Shown piece after piece: positions 63,792 through 64,000 of a stretch of DNA of 64,000 nt (its first letter is position 1; every line of letters starts with the position of its first letter). The notes under the pieces are model-generated. The model did not search any database. It worked only from the letters and a program-made list of their open reading frames with translations, and was not told the origin of the DNA. Source of the stretch: an uncultured virus (IMG/VR IMGVR_UViG_3300021142_000024) (Duplodnaviria > Heunggongvirae > Uroviricota > Caudoviricetes); the IMG/VR virus record IMGVR_UViG_3300021142_000024, positions 1-64,000 of that record. One strand, written 5' to 3'. A program made the translations under genes and the position numbers.

Positions 63792-64000
63792 TTATAATTC
63801 TATACTCAATCTTTTAAGAAATCTCTTATATAATTGCTCATCAGTTGACCAAGCCTTAATCTTGACCAGCTCAGAATAAAAATTATCTCTTGCTGTCTCA
63901 ATTCTGTCTTTTATCCACGGTCCTCTTAGGAATAAAAAAGGAACTGCTGTATTTTTATACTTATTATATACCTCATCGTAGCTCTTAGTCTTTATGTCAG
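63792..64000 (-). CDS. 3' end of a gene entering from beyond the window
   Basis: Open frame ...DIKTKSYDEVY...LSIEL*. Confidence 0.6.
   Translation of the reverse strand, partial: DIKTKSYDEVYNKYKNTAVPFLFLRGPWIKDRIETARDNFYSELVKIKAWSTDEQLYKRFLKRLSIEL

Noticed and set aside
1..64000. Stop-codon reassignment
   Set aside because: Conserved long genes are intact in code 11, TAG and TGA both end genes, and no suppressor tRNA was found; the single in-frame TGA at 20467 is isolated.

Overview
A 64-kb segment of a large, very AT-rich lytic phage genome, almost entirely coded on the minus strand in standard genetic code. A Bacteroidetes host is inferred from the TAnnTTTG-like promoters, a DUF4494 gene and A-rich leaders without Shine-Dalgarno sites. 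Left to right it holds: UvsE, ThyA, an RNA ligase and a metallophosphoesterase; a tRNA-Glu and a tmRNA; a DinG-like helicase; an 18-tRNA array interrupted by an endonuclease gene; about 20 short early genes, each behind a copy of a repeated promoter cassette (including a RadA-like ATPase, DUF932 and an ECF sigma factor); a repeat-rich non-coding region; a GC-richer captured island; ClpP; a glycosyltransferase/NDP-sugar cluster; a putative cytosine-hypermodification locus; GroEL/GroES split by an endonuclease cassette; and a family A DNA polymerase. The most notable observation is an unannotated 46-codon leader ORF (17209-17349) upstream of the tRNA array, with mutually exclusive antiterminator/terminator hairpins. 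Its codons cover every tRNA in the array, which suggests a ribosome-mediated attenuator that senses tRNA depletion and switches on the phage tRNAs. Several atypical tRNAs and repeated small structured RNA candidates are also present. All protein calls come from motif recognition by eye; no database search was run.
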